A DNA stretch of 64,000 nucleotides from Octopus vulgaris (lineage: Eukaryota). Both the position numbers and the translations under genes were made by a program. How positions within the stretch are numbered: the stretch's first letter is position 1; each line of letters opens with the position of its first letter. Under the pieces are notes generated by a model that was given only the letters and a program-made list of their open reading frames with translations, searched no databases and had not been told where the DNA came from. Positions 9,994 through 23,800 of the stretch are shown here, in pieces. The stretch spans positions 1-64,000 of the forward strand of contig OX597831.1 in assembly GCA_951406725.2 (NCBI GenBank), read 5' to 3'.

Positions 9994-12900
9994 TAGATTC
10001 TATTTATAGATTCTATTTATAGATTTATTTATATTTATAGATTCTATTTATAGATTATATTTATAGATTATATTTATAGATTCTATTTATAGATTCTATT
10101 TATAGATTTTATTTATAGATTCTATTAATAGATTCTATTTATAGATATTATTTATTTATTTTTTTATTTATTTATAGCTTCTATTTATAGCTTCTATTTA
10201 TAGCTTCTATTTATAGCTTCTATTTATAGCTCCTATTTAGTAGCTACTAATTATAGATTCTATTTATAGATTCTATTTATAGATTCTATTTATAGATTCT
10301 ATTTATAGATTCTCTTTATTTATTTATTTATTTATTTATTTATACATTCTATTTATAGATTTTATTTATAGATTCTATTTATAGATTCTATTTGTAGATT
10401 CTATTTATAGATTCAATTTATTTATTTATTTATTTATATATTTATTTATTTATTTATAGATTCTATTTGTAGATTCTATTTATTGATTCTGTTTATAGAT
10501 ACTATTTATAGATTCTATTTATAGATTCTATTTATAGATTTTATTTATAGATTCTCTTTATAGATTCTATTTTTAGATTCTATTTATAGATACTATTTAT
10601 TTATTAATTTATTTATAGCTTCTATATATAGCTTGTATTTATAGCTTCTATTTTATTGCTACTAATTATAGATTCTATTTATAGAGTCTATGTATAGATT
10701 CTATGTATAGATTCTATGTATAGATTCTATTTATGCATATAGAATATAACTATTTTTAGTTGCTGTTCTATTTTTACTTTATTTGTCCTATTTTTAGTTG
10801 CTGTTCTATTTTAAGTTCATTTGTTCTATTTTTAGTTTATTTGTTCTATTTTTAGTTTATTTGTCCTATTTTAGTTGCTGTTCTATTTTTAGTTTATTTG
10901 TTCTATTTTTAGTTTATTTGTACTATCTTTAGTTGCTGTTCTATTTTTAGTTTATTTGTTCTATTTTTAGTTTATTTGTCCTAGCTTTAGTTTATTTTTT
11001 CTATTTTTAGTTTACTTGTTCAATTTTTAGTTTATTTGTCCTATTTTTAGTTGCTGTTCTATATTTAGTTTATTTGTCCTATTTTTAGTTTATTTGTTCT
11101 ATTTTTAGTTTATTTGCTCTATTTTTACTTTATTTGTCCTATTTTAGTTGCTGTTCTATTTTTAGTTTATTTGTTCTATTTTTAGTTTATTTGTTCTATT
11201 TTTAGTTTATTTGTCCTATTTTAAGTTTATTAGTCTATTTTTAGTTTATTTGTTCTATTTTTAGTTTATTTGTCCTATTTTTAGTTGCTGTTCTATTTTT
11301 AGTTTATTTGTTCTATTTTTAGTTTATTTGTCCTATTTTTAGTTCATTTTCTCTATTTTAAGTTTACTTGTTCTATTTTTAGTTTATTTGTCCTATTTTT
11401 AGTTGCTGTTCTAATTTTAGTTTGTTTGTCCTATTTTTAGTTGCTGTTCTATTTTTAGTTTATTTGTTCTATTTTTAGTTTATTTGTTCTATTTTTAGTT
11501 TATTTGTCCTATTTTAGTTGCTGTTCTATTTTTAGTTTATTTGTTCTATTTTTAGATTATATGTTCTATTTTTAGTTTATTTGTCCTATTTTTAGTTTAT
11601 TTGTTCTATTTTTAGTTTATTTGTTCTATTTTTAGTTTATTTGTCCTATTTTTAGTTGCTGTTCTATTTTTAGTTTATTTGACCTATTTTTAGTTTATTT
11701 GTTCAATTTTTAGTTTAATTGTTCTATTTTTAGTTTATTTGTCCTATTTAAAGTTGCTGTTCTATTTCTAGTTTATTTGTCCTATTTTTAGATTATTTTT
11801 CCTATTTTTAGTGTATTTGTTCTATTTTTAGTTTATTTGTTCTATTTATTTATTTTATTCATAGATTCTATTTATAGATACTATTTATAGATTCTATTTA
11901 AAGATACTTTTTATTTATATATTTATTTATTTATTTATTTATAGATTCTATTTGTAGATTCTATTTATAGATACTATTTATAGATTATATTTATAGATTC
12001 TCTTCATAGATTCTATTTATAGATTTTATTTATAGATTCTATTTATAGATACTATTTATTTATTTATTTATTTATTTATAGCTTCTATTTATAGCTTCTA
12101 TTTATAGCTTCTATTTAATAGCTACTAATTATAGATTCTATTTATAAATTCTATTTATAAATACTATTTATAGATTCTATTTATAGATTCTATTTATAGA
12201 TTCTATTTATAGATTCTATGTATAGATACTATTTATAGATTCTATTTATGCATATAGAATATAACTATTTTTAGTTGCTGTTCTATTTTTAGTTTATTTG
12301 TCCTATTTTTAGTTGCTGTTCTATTTTTAGTTTATTTGTTCTATTTTTAGTTTATTTGTTCTATTTTTAGTTTATTAAATTAGCAACTAAAAATAGTTAT
12401 ATTCTATATAAATAAATATAATCTATAAATAGAATCTATAAATAGAATCTATAAATGGAATCTATAAATAGTATCTATAAATAAATTTGTTTTATTTTTA
12501 GTTTATTTGTCCTGTTTTAGTTGCTGTTCTATTTTTAGTTTATTTGTTCTATCTTTAGTTTATCTGTTCTATTTTTAGTTTATTTGTCCTATTTTTAGTT
12601 TATTTTTTATATTTTCAGTTTACTTGTTCTATTTTTAGTTTATTTGTCCTATTTTTAGTGGCTGTTCAATTTTTAGTTTATTTGTCCTATTTTAGTTGCT
12701 GTTCTATTTTTAGTTTATTTGTCCTATTTTTAGTTTATTTGTTCTATTTTTAGTTTATTTGTCCTATTTTTAGTTTATTTGTTCAATTTTTAGTTTCTTT
12801 GTTCTATTTTTAGTTTATTTGTCCTATTTTTAGTTGCCGTTCTATTCTTAGTTTATTTGTTCTATTTTTAGTTTATTTGTTCTCTTTTTATTTTATTTGT

Positions 12901-15044
12901 TCTATTTTTTGTTTATTTGTCCTATTTTTAGTTGCTGTTCTATTTTTAGTTTATTTGTTCTATTTTTGGTTTATTTGTCCTATTTTTAGTTTATTTTTTC
13001 TATTTTTAGTTTACTTGTTCTATTTTTAGTTTATTTGTTCTATTTTTAGTTTATCTGTTCTATTTTTAGTTTATTTGTCCTATTTTTAGTTTATTTTTTC
13101 TATTTTTAGTTTACTTGTTCTATTTTTAGTTTATTTGTCCTATTTTTATTTGCTGTTCTAATTTTAGTTTATTTGTCCTATTTTTAGTTGTTGTTCTATT
13201 TCTAGTTTATTTGTTCTATTTTTAGTTTATTTGTTCTATTTCTAGTTTATTTGTCCTATTTTAGTTGCTGTTCTATTTTTAGTTTATTTGTTCTATCTTT
13301 AGTTTATCTGTTCTATTTTTAGTTTATTTGTCCTATTTTTAGTTTATTTGTTCTATTTTTAGTTTATTTGTTCTATTTCTAGTTTATTTGTCCTATTTTT
13401 AGTTGCTCTTCTATTTTTAGTTTATTTGTTCTATTTTTACTTAATTTGTCCTATTTTTAGTTTATTTTTTCTATTTTTAGTTTACTTGTTCTATTGTTAG
13501 TTTATTTGTCCTATTTTTAGTTGCTGTTCTATTTTTAGTTTATTTGACCTATTTTTAGTTTATTTGTTCGAATTTTAGTTTACTTGTTCTATTTATTTTT
13601 TTGTCCTATTTTTAGTTGCTGTTCTATTTTAGATTATTTGTCCTATTTTTAGATTATTTGTCCTATTTTTAGTTTATTTGTTCAATTTTTAGTTTATTTG
13701 TTCTATTTATAGAATCTATTTATAGATTCTATTTATTTATTTTTTTTATTTTTTATTTATTTATAGATTATATTTATAGATTCTATTTTTAGATTCTATT
13801 TATAGATACTATTTATAGATTCTATTTATAGATTCTATTTATAGATTCTATTTATAGATTCTATTTATAGATTCTAATTATAGATTCTATTTATTTATTT
13901 ATTTATTTATTTTATTTATAGATTCTATTTATAGATTCTATTTATAGATTCTATTTATACATTCTTTTTATTTATTTATTTATTTATTTATTTATAGATT
14001 CTATTTGTAGATTCTATTTATAGATACTATTTATAGATTATATTTATAGATTCTATTTATAGATTCTATTTATAGATTATATTTATAGATTCTATTTATA
14101 GATTCTATTTATAGATTCTATTTATAGATTCTATTTATAGATTCTATTTATAGATTCTATTTATTGATTCTATTTTTAGATTCTATTTATTTATTTTATT
14201 ATTATTTTTTATTTATTTATAGATTCTATTTATAGATTCTATTTTTAGATTCTATTTATAGATACTATTTATAGATTCTATTTATAGATTCTATTTAAAG
14301 ATGCTATTTATAGATTCTATTTATAGATTCTAATTATAGATTCTATTTATTTATTTATTTATTTATTTTATTTATAGATTCTATTTATAGATTCTATTTA
14401 TAGATTCTATTTATAGGTTCTTTTTATTTAATTATTCATTTATTTATTTATTTATAGATTCTATTTGTAGATTCTATTTATAGATACTATTTATAGATTA
14501 TATTTATAGATTCTATTTATAGATTCTATTTATAGATTATATTTATAGATTATATTTATAGATTCTATTTATAGACTTTATTTATAGATTCTATTTATAG
14601 ATTCTATTTATAGATTCTATTTTAGATTCTATTTATAGATAATATTTATTTATTTATTTATTTATTTATAGCTTCTATTTATAGCTTCTAATTATAGCTT
14701 CTATTTATAGCTTCTATTTAAAAGCTACTAAATATAGATTCTATTTATAGATTCTATTTATAGATTCTATTTATAGATTCTATTTAAAGATTCTATTTAT
14801 AGATTCTATTTATAGATTCTATTTATTTATTTATTTATTTTAGATTCTATTTATAGATTCTATTTTTAGATTCTTTTTATAGATACTAATTATAGATTCT
14901 ATTTATAGATTCTATTTATAGATTCTATTTATAGATTCTATTTATAGATTCTATTTTAGATTCTATTTATAGATTCTACTTATAGATTCTATTTATAGAT
15001 TCTATTTATAGATTCTATTTAAAGATTCTATTTATAGATTCTAT

Positions 15045-15075
<31 letters not shown>

Positions 15076-15095
15076 TAGATTCTATTTATAGATTC

Positions 15096-15126
<31 letters not shown>

Positions 15127-18100
15127 TTATAGCTTCTATTTATAGCTTCTAATTATAGCTTCTATTTATAGCTTCTATTTAATAGCTACTAATTATAGAT
15201 TCTATTTATAGATTCTACTTATAGATTCTATTTATAGATTCTATTTATAGATTCTATTTAAAGATTCTATTTATAGATTCTATTTATTTATTTATTTATT
15301 TATTTATTTATAGATTCTATTTATAGATTCTATTTATTTATTTATTTATTTATTTATAGATTCTATTTATAGTTTCTATTTATAGATACTATTTTATAGA
15401 TTCTATTTATAGATTCTATTTATAGATTCTATTAATAGATTCTATATATAGATTCTATTTATAGATTCTTTTTATAGATATTATTTATTTATTTTTTTAT
15501 TTATTTATAGCTTCTATTTATAGCTTCTATTTATAGTTTCTATTTATAGCTTCTATTTATAGCTTCTATTTATAGCTCCTATTTAATAGCTACTAATTAT
15601 AGATTCTATTTATAGATTCTATTTATAGATTCTATTTATAGATTCTATTTATAGATTCTATTTATAGATTCTCTTTATTTATTTACTTATTTATTTATAC
15701 ATTATATTTATAGATTTTATTTATAGATTCTATTTATAGATTCTAATTGTAGATTCTATTTATAGATTATATTTATTTATTTATTTATATATTTATTTAT
15801 TTATTTATAGATTCTATTTGTAGATTCTATTTTTAGATTCTATTTATAGATACTATTTATAGATTCTATTTATAGATTCTATTTATAGATTTTATTTATA
15901 GATTCTATTTATAGATTCTATTTTTAGATTCTATTTATAGATACTATTTATTTATTTATTTATTTATAGCTTCTATATTATAGCTTCTATTTATAGATTC
16001 TATTTATAGATTTTATTTATAGATTCTATTTATAGATTCTATTTATAGATTCTATTTATAGATTCTTTTTATTTATTTATTTATAGATTCTATTTGTAGA
16101 TTCTATTTATAGATTCTATTTTATTTATTCTATTTATAGATTCTATTTATAGATTCTATTTATAGATTCTATTTATATATTCTATTTATAGATTCTATTT
16201 ATAGATTCTATTTATAGATTATATTTATAGATTCTATTTATAGATTCTATTTATAGATTCTATTTATAGATTCTATTTTTAGATTCTATTTATTTATTTT
16301 ATTATTATTTTTTATTTATTTATAGATTCTATTTATAGATTCTATTTTTAGATTCTATTTATAGATACTATTTATAGATTCTATTTATAGATTCTATTTA
16401 AAGATGCTATTTATAGATTCTATTTATAGATTCTAATTATAGATTCTATTTATTTATTTATTTATTTATTTTATTTATAGATTCTATTTATAGATTCTAT
16501 TTATAGATTCTATTTATAGGTTCTTTTTATTTATTTATTTATTTATTTATATTTATTTATTTATTTATAGATTCTATTTGTAGATTCTATTTATAGATAC
16601 TATTTATAGATTATATTTATAGATTCTATTTATAGATTCTATTTATAGATTATATTTATAGATTATATTTATAGATTCTATTTATAGATTCTATTTATAG
16701 ATTTTATTTATAGATTCTATTAATAGATTCTATTTATAGATATTATTTATTTATTTTTTTATTTATTTATAGCTTCTATTTATAGCTTCTATTTATAGCT
16801 TCTATTTATAGCTTCTATTTATAGCTCTATTTAGTAGCTACGAATTATAGATTCTATTTATAGATTCTATTTATAGATTCTATTTATAGATTCTATTTAT
16901 AGATTCTCTTTATTTATTTATTTATTTATTTATTTATACATTCTATTTATAGATTTTATTTATAGATTCTATTTATAGATTCTATTTGTAGATTCTATTT
17001 ATAGATTCAATTTATTTATTTATTTATTTATATATTTATTTATTTATTTATAGATTCTATTTGTAGATTCTATTTATTGATTCTATTTATAGATACTATT
17101 TATAGATTCTATTTATAGATTCTATTTATAGATTTTATTTATAGATTCTCTTTATAGATTCTATTTTTAGATTCTATTTATAGATACTATTTATTTATTA
17201 ATTTATTTATAGCTTCTATATATAGCTTCTATTTATAGCTTCTATTTTATTGCTACTAATTATAGATTCTATTTATAGAGTCTATGTATAGATTTTATGT
17301 ATAGATTCTATGTATAGATTCTATTTATGCATATAGAATATAACTATTTTTAGTTGCTGTTCTATTTTTACTTTATTTGTCCTATTTTTAGTTGCTGTTC
17401 TATTTTCAGTTCATTTGTTCTATTTTTAGTTTATTTGTTCTATTTTTAGTTTATTTGTCCTATTTTAGTTGCTGTTCTATTTTTAGTTTATTTGTTCTAT
17501 TTTTAGTTTATTTGTACTATCTTTAGTTGCTGTTCTATTTTTAGTTTATTTGTTCTATTTTTAGTTTATTTGTCCTAGCTTTAGTTTATTTTTTCTATTT
17601 TTAGTTTACTTGTTCAATTTTTTGTTTATTTGTCCTATTTTTAGTTGCTGTTCTATTTTTAGTTTATTTGTCCTATTTTTAGTTTATTTGTTCTATTTTT
17701 AGTTTATTTGCTCTATTTTTACTTTATTTGTCCTATTTTAGTTGCTGTTCTATTTTTAGTTTATTTGTTCTATTTTTAGTTTATCTGTTCTATTTTTAGT
17801 TTATTTGTCCTATTTTTAGTTTATTTGTTCTATTTTTAGTTTATTTGTTCTATTTTTAGTTTATTTGTCCTATTTTTAGTTGCTGTTCTATTTTTAGTTT
17901 ATTTGTTCTATTTTTAGTTTATTTGTCCTATTTTTAGTTCATTTTCTCTATTTTAAGTTTACTTGTTCTATTTTTAGTTTATTTGTCCTATTTTTAGTTG
18001 CTGTTCTAATTTTAGTTTGTTTGTCCTATTTTTAGTTGCTGTTCTATTTTTAGTTTATTTGTTCTATTTTTAGTTTATTTGTTCTATTTTTAGTTTATTT

Positions 18101-19222
18101 GTCCTATTTTAGTTGCTGTTCTATTTTTAGTTTATTTGTTCTATTTTTAGATTATATGTTCTATTTTTAGTTTATTTGTCCTATTTTTAGTTTATTTGTT
18201 CTATTTTTAGTTTATTTGTTCTATTTTTAGTTTATTTGTCCTATTTTTAGTTGCTGTTCTATTTTTAGTTTATTTGACCTATTTTTAGTTTATTTGTTCA
18301 ATTTTTAGTTTAATTGTTCTATTTTTAGTTTATTTGTCCTATTTAAAGTTGCTGTTCTATTTCTAGTTTATTTGTCCTATTTTTAGATTATTTTTCCTAT
18401 TTTTAGTGTATTTGTTCTATTTTTAGTTTATTTGTTCTATTTATTTATTTTATTCATAGATTCTATTTATAGATACTATTTATAGATTCTATTTAAAGAT
18501 ACTTTTTATTTATATATTTATTTATTTATTTATTTATAGATTCTATTTGTAGATTCTATTTATAGATACTATTTATAGATTATATTTATAGATTCTCTTC
18601 ATAGATTCTATTTATAGATTTTATGTATAGATTCTATTTATAGATACTATTTATTTATTTATTTATTTATTTATAGCTTCTATTTATAGCTTCTATTTAT
18701 AGCTTCTATTTAATAGCTACTAATTATAGATTCTATTTATAAATTCTATTTATAGACACTATTTATAGATTCTATTTATAGATTCTATTTATAGATTCTA
18801 TTTATAGATTCTATGTATAGATACTATTTATAGATTCTATTTATGCATATAGAATATAACTATTTTTAGTTGCTGTTCTATTTTTAGTTTATTTGTCCTA
18901 TTTTTAGTTGCTGTTCTATTTTTAGTTTATTTGTTCTATTTTTAGTTTATTTGTTCTATTTTTAGTTTATTTGTTCTATTTTTAGTTTATTAAAATAGCA
19001 ACTAAAAATAGTTATATTCTATATAAATAAATATAATCTATAAATAGAATCTATAAATAGAATCTATAAATAGAATCTATAAATGGAATCTATAAATAGT
19101 ATCTATAAATAAATTTGTTTTATTTTTAGTTTATTTGTCCTGTTTTAGTTGCTGTTCTATTTTTAGTTTATTTGTTCTATCTTTAGTTTATCTGTTCTAT
19201 TTTTAGTTTATTTGTCCTATTT
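9206..19222 (-). repeat. AT-rich compound satellite, T-rich orientation: 13-bp (GATTCTATTTATA) and 20/18-bp (GTTCTATTTTTAGTTTATTT / GTTCTATTTTTAGTTGCT) blocks plus (TTTA)n
   Basis: Main 20-mer blocks are at ~10750-11850, 12490-13706 and 17345-18442. Main 13-mer blocks are at ~9833-10735, 11850-12250, 13707-17330 and 18443-18845. Confidence 0.97.
9668..9832 (+). repeat. Locally inverted cassette inside the T-rich satellite (also ~12377-12490 and ~18992-19116)
   Basis: Reads AGCAACTAAAAATAGTTATATTCT...ATAAATGGAATCTATAAATAG, i.e. opposite to its flanks. Confidence 0.9.
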
Positions 19223-19737
19223 TAAATAAATAAATAAATATATAAATAAAAAGTATCTTTAAATAGAATCTATAAATAGTATCTATAAATAGAATCTATG
19301 AATAAAATAAATAAATAGAACAAATAAACTAAAAATAGAACAAATACACTAAAAATATATATAAAATATATAAATAAATAAATAAATAGAATCTATAATT
19401 AGAATCTATAAATAGAATCTATAAATAGCATCTTTAAATAGAATCTATAAATAGAATCTATAAATAGTATCTATAAATAGAATCTAAAAATAGAATCTAT
19501 AAATAGAATCTATAAATAAATAAAAAATAATAATAAAATAAATAAATAGAATCTAAAAATAGAATCTATAAATAGAATCTATAAATAGAATCTATAAATA
19601 GAATCTATAAATAAAATCTATAAATAGAATCTATAAATAGAATCTATAAATATAATCTATAAATAGAATCTATAAATAGAATCTAGAAATATAATCTATA
19701 AATAGTATCTATAAATAGAATCTACAAATAGAATCTA

Positions 19738-19768
<31 letters not shown>

Positions 19769-20760
19769 AAAGAATGTATAAATAGAATCTATAAATAGAA
19801 TCTATAAATAGAATCTATAAATAAAATCTATAAATAGAATCTATAAATAGAATCTATAATTAGTAGCAATAAAATAGAAGCTATAAATAGAAGCTATATA
19901 TAGAAGCTATAAATAAATAAATAAATAAATAAATAGTATCTATAAATAGAATCTAAAAATAGAATCTATAAATAGAATCTATAAATAAAATCTATAAATA
20001 GAATCTATAAATAGAATCTATAAATAGTATCTATAAATAGAATCAATAAATAGAATCTACAAATAGAATCTATAAATAAATAAATAAATATATAAATAAA
20101 TAAATAAATAAATATAATCTATAAATAGAATCTACAATTAGAATCTATAAATAGAATCTATAAATAAAATCTATAAATATAATGTATAAATAAATAAGTA
20201 AATAAATAAAGAGAATCTATAAATAGAATCTATAAATAGAATCTATAAATAGAATCTATAAATAGAATCTATAAAAAGAATCTATAATTAGTAGCTATTA
20301 AATAGGAGCTATAAATAGAAGCTATAAATAGAAGCTATAAATAGAAACTATAAATAGAAGCTATAAATAGAAGCTATAAATAAATAAAAAAATAAATAAA
20401 TAATATCTATAAATAGAACCTATAAATAGAATCTATAAATAGAATCTATTAATAGAATCTATAAATAGAATCTATAAATAGAATCTATAAATAGTATCTA
20501 TAAATAGAAACTATAAATAGAATCTATAAATAAATAAATAAATAACTAAATAAATAGAATCTATAAATAGAATCTATAAATAAATAAATAAATAAATAAA
20601 TAAATAGAATCTATAAATAGAATCTTTAAATAGAATCTATAAATAGAATCTATAAATAGAATCTATAAGTAGAATCTATAAATAGAATCTATAATTAGTA
20701 GCTATTAAATAGAAGCTATAAATAGAAGCTATAATTAGAAGCTATAAATAGAAGCTATAA

Positions 20761-20791
<31 letters not shown>

Positions 20792-20811
20792 GAATCTATA
20801 AATAGAATCTA

Positions 20812-20842
<31 letters not shown>

Positions 20843-23800
20843 ATAGAATCTATAAATAGAATCTTTAAATAGAATCTATAAATAGAATCTATAAATAGAA
20901 TCTATAAGTAGAATCTATAAATAGAATCTAAAATAGAATCTATAAATAGAATCTATAAATAGAATCTATAAATAGAATCTATAAATAGAATCTATAATTA
21001 GTATCTATAAAAAGAATCTAAAAATAGAATCTATAAATAGAATCTAAAATAAATAAATAAATAAATAAATAAATAGAATCTATAAATAGAATCTATAAAT
21101 AGAATCTTTAAATAGAATCTATAAATAGAATCTATAAATAGAATCTATAAATAGAATCTATATTTAGTAGCTTTTAAATAGAAGCTATAAATAGAAGCTA
21201 TAATTAGAAGCTATAAATAGAAGCTATAAATAAAAAAATAAATAAATAAATATTATCTATAAATAGAATCTAAAATAGAATCTATAAATAGAAATCTATA
21301 AATAGAATCTATAAATAAAATCTATAAATAGAATCTATAAATATAATCTATAAATAGAATCTATAAATAGAATCTATAAATAGAATCTATAAATATAATC
21401 TATAAATAGTATCTATAAATAGAATCTATAAATAGAATCTATAAATAAATAAATAAATAAATAAATAAAAAGAACCTATAAATAGAATCTATAAATAGAA
21501 TCTATAAATAAATATAAATAAAAAAAATCTATAATTAGAATCTATAAATAGAATCTATAAATAGCATCTTTAAATAGAATCTATAAATAGAATCTATAAA
21601 TAGTATCTATAAATAGAATCTAAAAATAGAATCTATAAATAGAATCTATAAATAAATAAAAAATAATAATAAAATAAATAAATAGAATCTAAAAATAGAA
21701 TCTATAAATAGAATCTATAAATAGAATCTATAAATAGAATCTATAAATACAATCTATAAATAGAATCTATAAATAGAATCTATAAATATAATCTATAAAT
21801 AGAATCTATAAATAGAATCTATAAATATAATCTATAAATAGTATCTATAAATAGAATCTACAAATAGAATCTATAAATAAATAAATAAATAAATAAATAA
21901 AAAGAATGTATAAATAGAATCTATAAATAGAATCTATAAATAGAATCTATAAATAAAATAAATAAATAAATAAATAAATAGAATCTATAATTAGAATCTA
22001 TAAATAGAATCTATAAATAGAATCTATAAATAGAATCTATAAATAGTATCTATAAATAGAATCTAAAAATAGAATCTATAAATATAATCTATAAATAAAT
22101 AAAAAATAAAAAAAAATAAATAAATAGAATCTATAAATAGATTCTATAAATAGAACAAATAAACTAAAAATTGAACAAATAAACTAAAAATAGGACAAAT
22201 AATCTAAAAATAGGACAAATAATCTAAAATAGAACAGCAACTAAAAATAGGACAAAAAAATAAATAGAACAAGTAAACTAAAAATCGAACAAATAAACTA
22301 AAAATAGGTCAAATAAACTAAAAATAGAACAGCAACTAAAAATAGGACAAATAAACTAACAATAGAACAAGTAAACTAAAAATAGAAAAAATAAACTAAA
22401 AATAGGACAAATTAAGTAAAAATAGAACAAATAAACTAAAAATAGAAGAGCAACTAAAAATAGGACAAATAAACTAGAAATAGAACAAATAAACTAAAAA
22501 TAGAACAAATAAACTAAAAATAGGACAAATAAACTAAAAATAGAACAGATAAACTAAAGATAGAACAAATAAACTAAAAATAGAACAGCAACTAAAATAG
22601 GACAAATAAACTAGAAATAGAACAAATAAACTAAAAATAGAACAAATAAACTAGAAATAGAACAACAACTAAAAATAGGACAAATAAACTAAAATTAGAA
22701 CAGCAAATAAAAATAGGACAAATAAACTAAAAATAGAACAAGTAAACTAAAAATAGAAAAAATAAACTAAAAATAGGACAAATAAACTAAAAATAGAACA
22801 GATAAACTAAAAATAGAACAAATAAACTAAAAATAGAACAAGTAAACTAAAAATAGAAAAAATAAACTAAAAATAGGACAAATAAACCAAAAATAGAACA
22901 AATAAACTAAAAATAGAACAGCAACTAAAAATAGGACAAATAAACAAAAAATAGAACAAATAAACTAAAAAGAGAACAAATAAACTAAAAATAGAACAAA
23001 TAAACTAAGAATAGAACGGCAACTAAAAATAGGACAAATAAACTAAAAATAGAACAAAGAAACTAAAAATTGAACAAATAAACTAAAAATAGGACAAATA
23101 AACTAAAAATAGAACAAATAAACTAAAAATAGGACAAATAAACTAAAAATAGAACAGCAACTGAAAATAGGACAAATAAACTAAAAATTGAACAGCCACT
23201 AAAAATAGGACAAATAAACTAAAAATAGAACAAGTAAACTGAAAATATAAAAAATAAACTAAAAATAGGACAAATAAACTAAAAATAGAACAGATAAACT
23301 AAAGATAGAACAAATAAACTAAAAATAGAACAGCAACTAAAACAGGACAAATAAACTAAAAATAAAACAAATTTATTTATAGATACTATTTATAGATTCC
23401 ATTTATAGATTCTATTTATAGATTCTATTTATAGATTATATTTATTTATATAGAATATAACTATTTTTAGTTGCTGTTTTAATAAACTAAAAATAGAACA
23501 AATAAACTAAAAATATAACAAATAAACTAAAAATAGAACAGCAACTAAAAATAGTTATATTCTATATGCATAAATAGAATCTATAAATAGTATCTATACA
23601 TAGAATCTATAAATAGAATCTATAAATAGAATCTATAAATAGAATCTATAAATAGTATCTATAAATAGAATTTATAAATAGAATCTATAATTAGTAGCTA
23701 TTAAATAGAAGCTATAAATAGAAGCTATAAATAGAAGCTATATAAATAAATAAATAAATAAATAGTATCTATAAATAGAATCTATAAATAAAATCTATAA

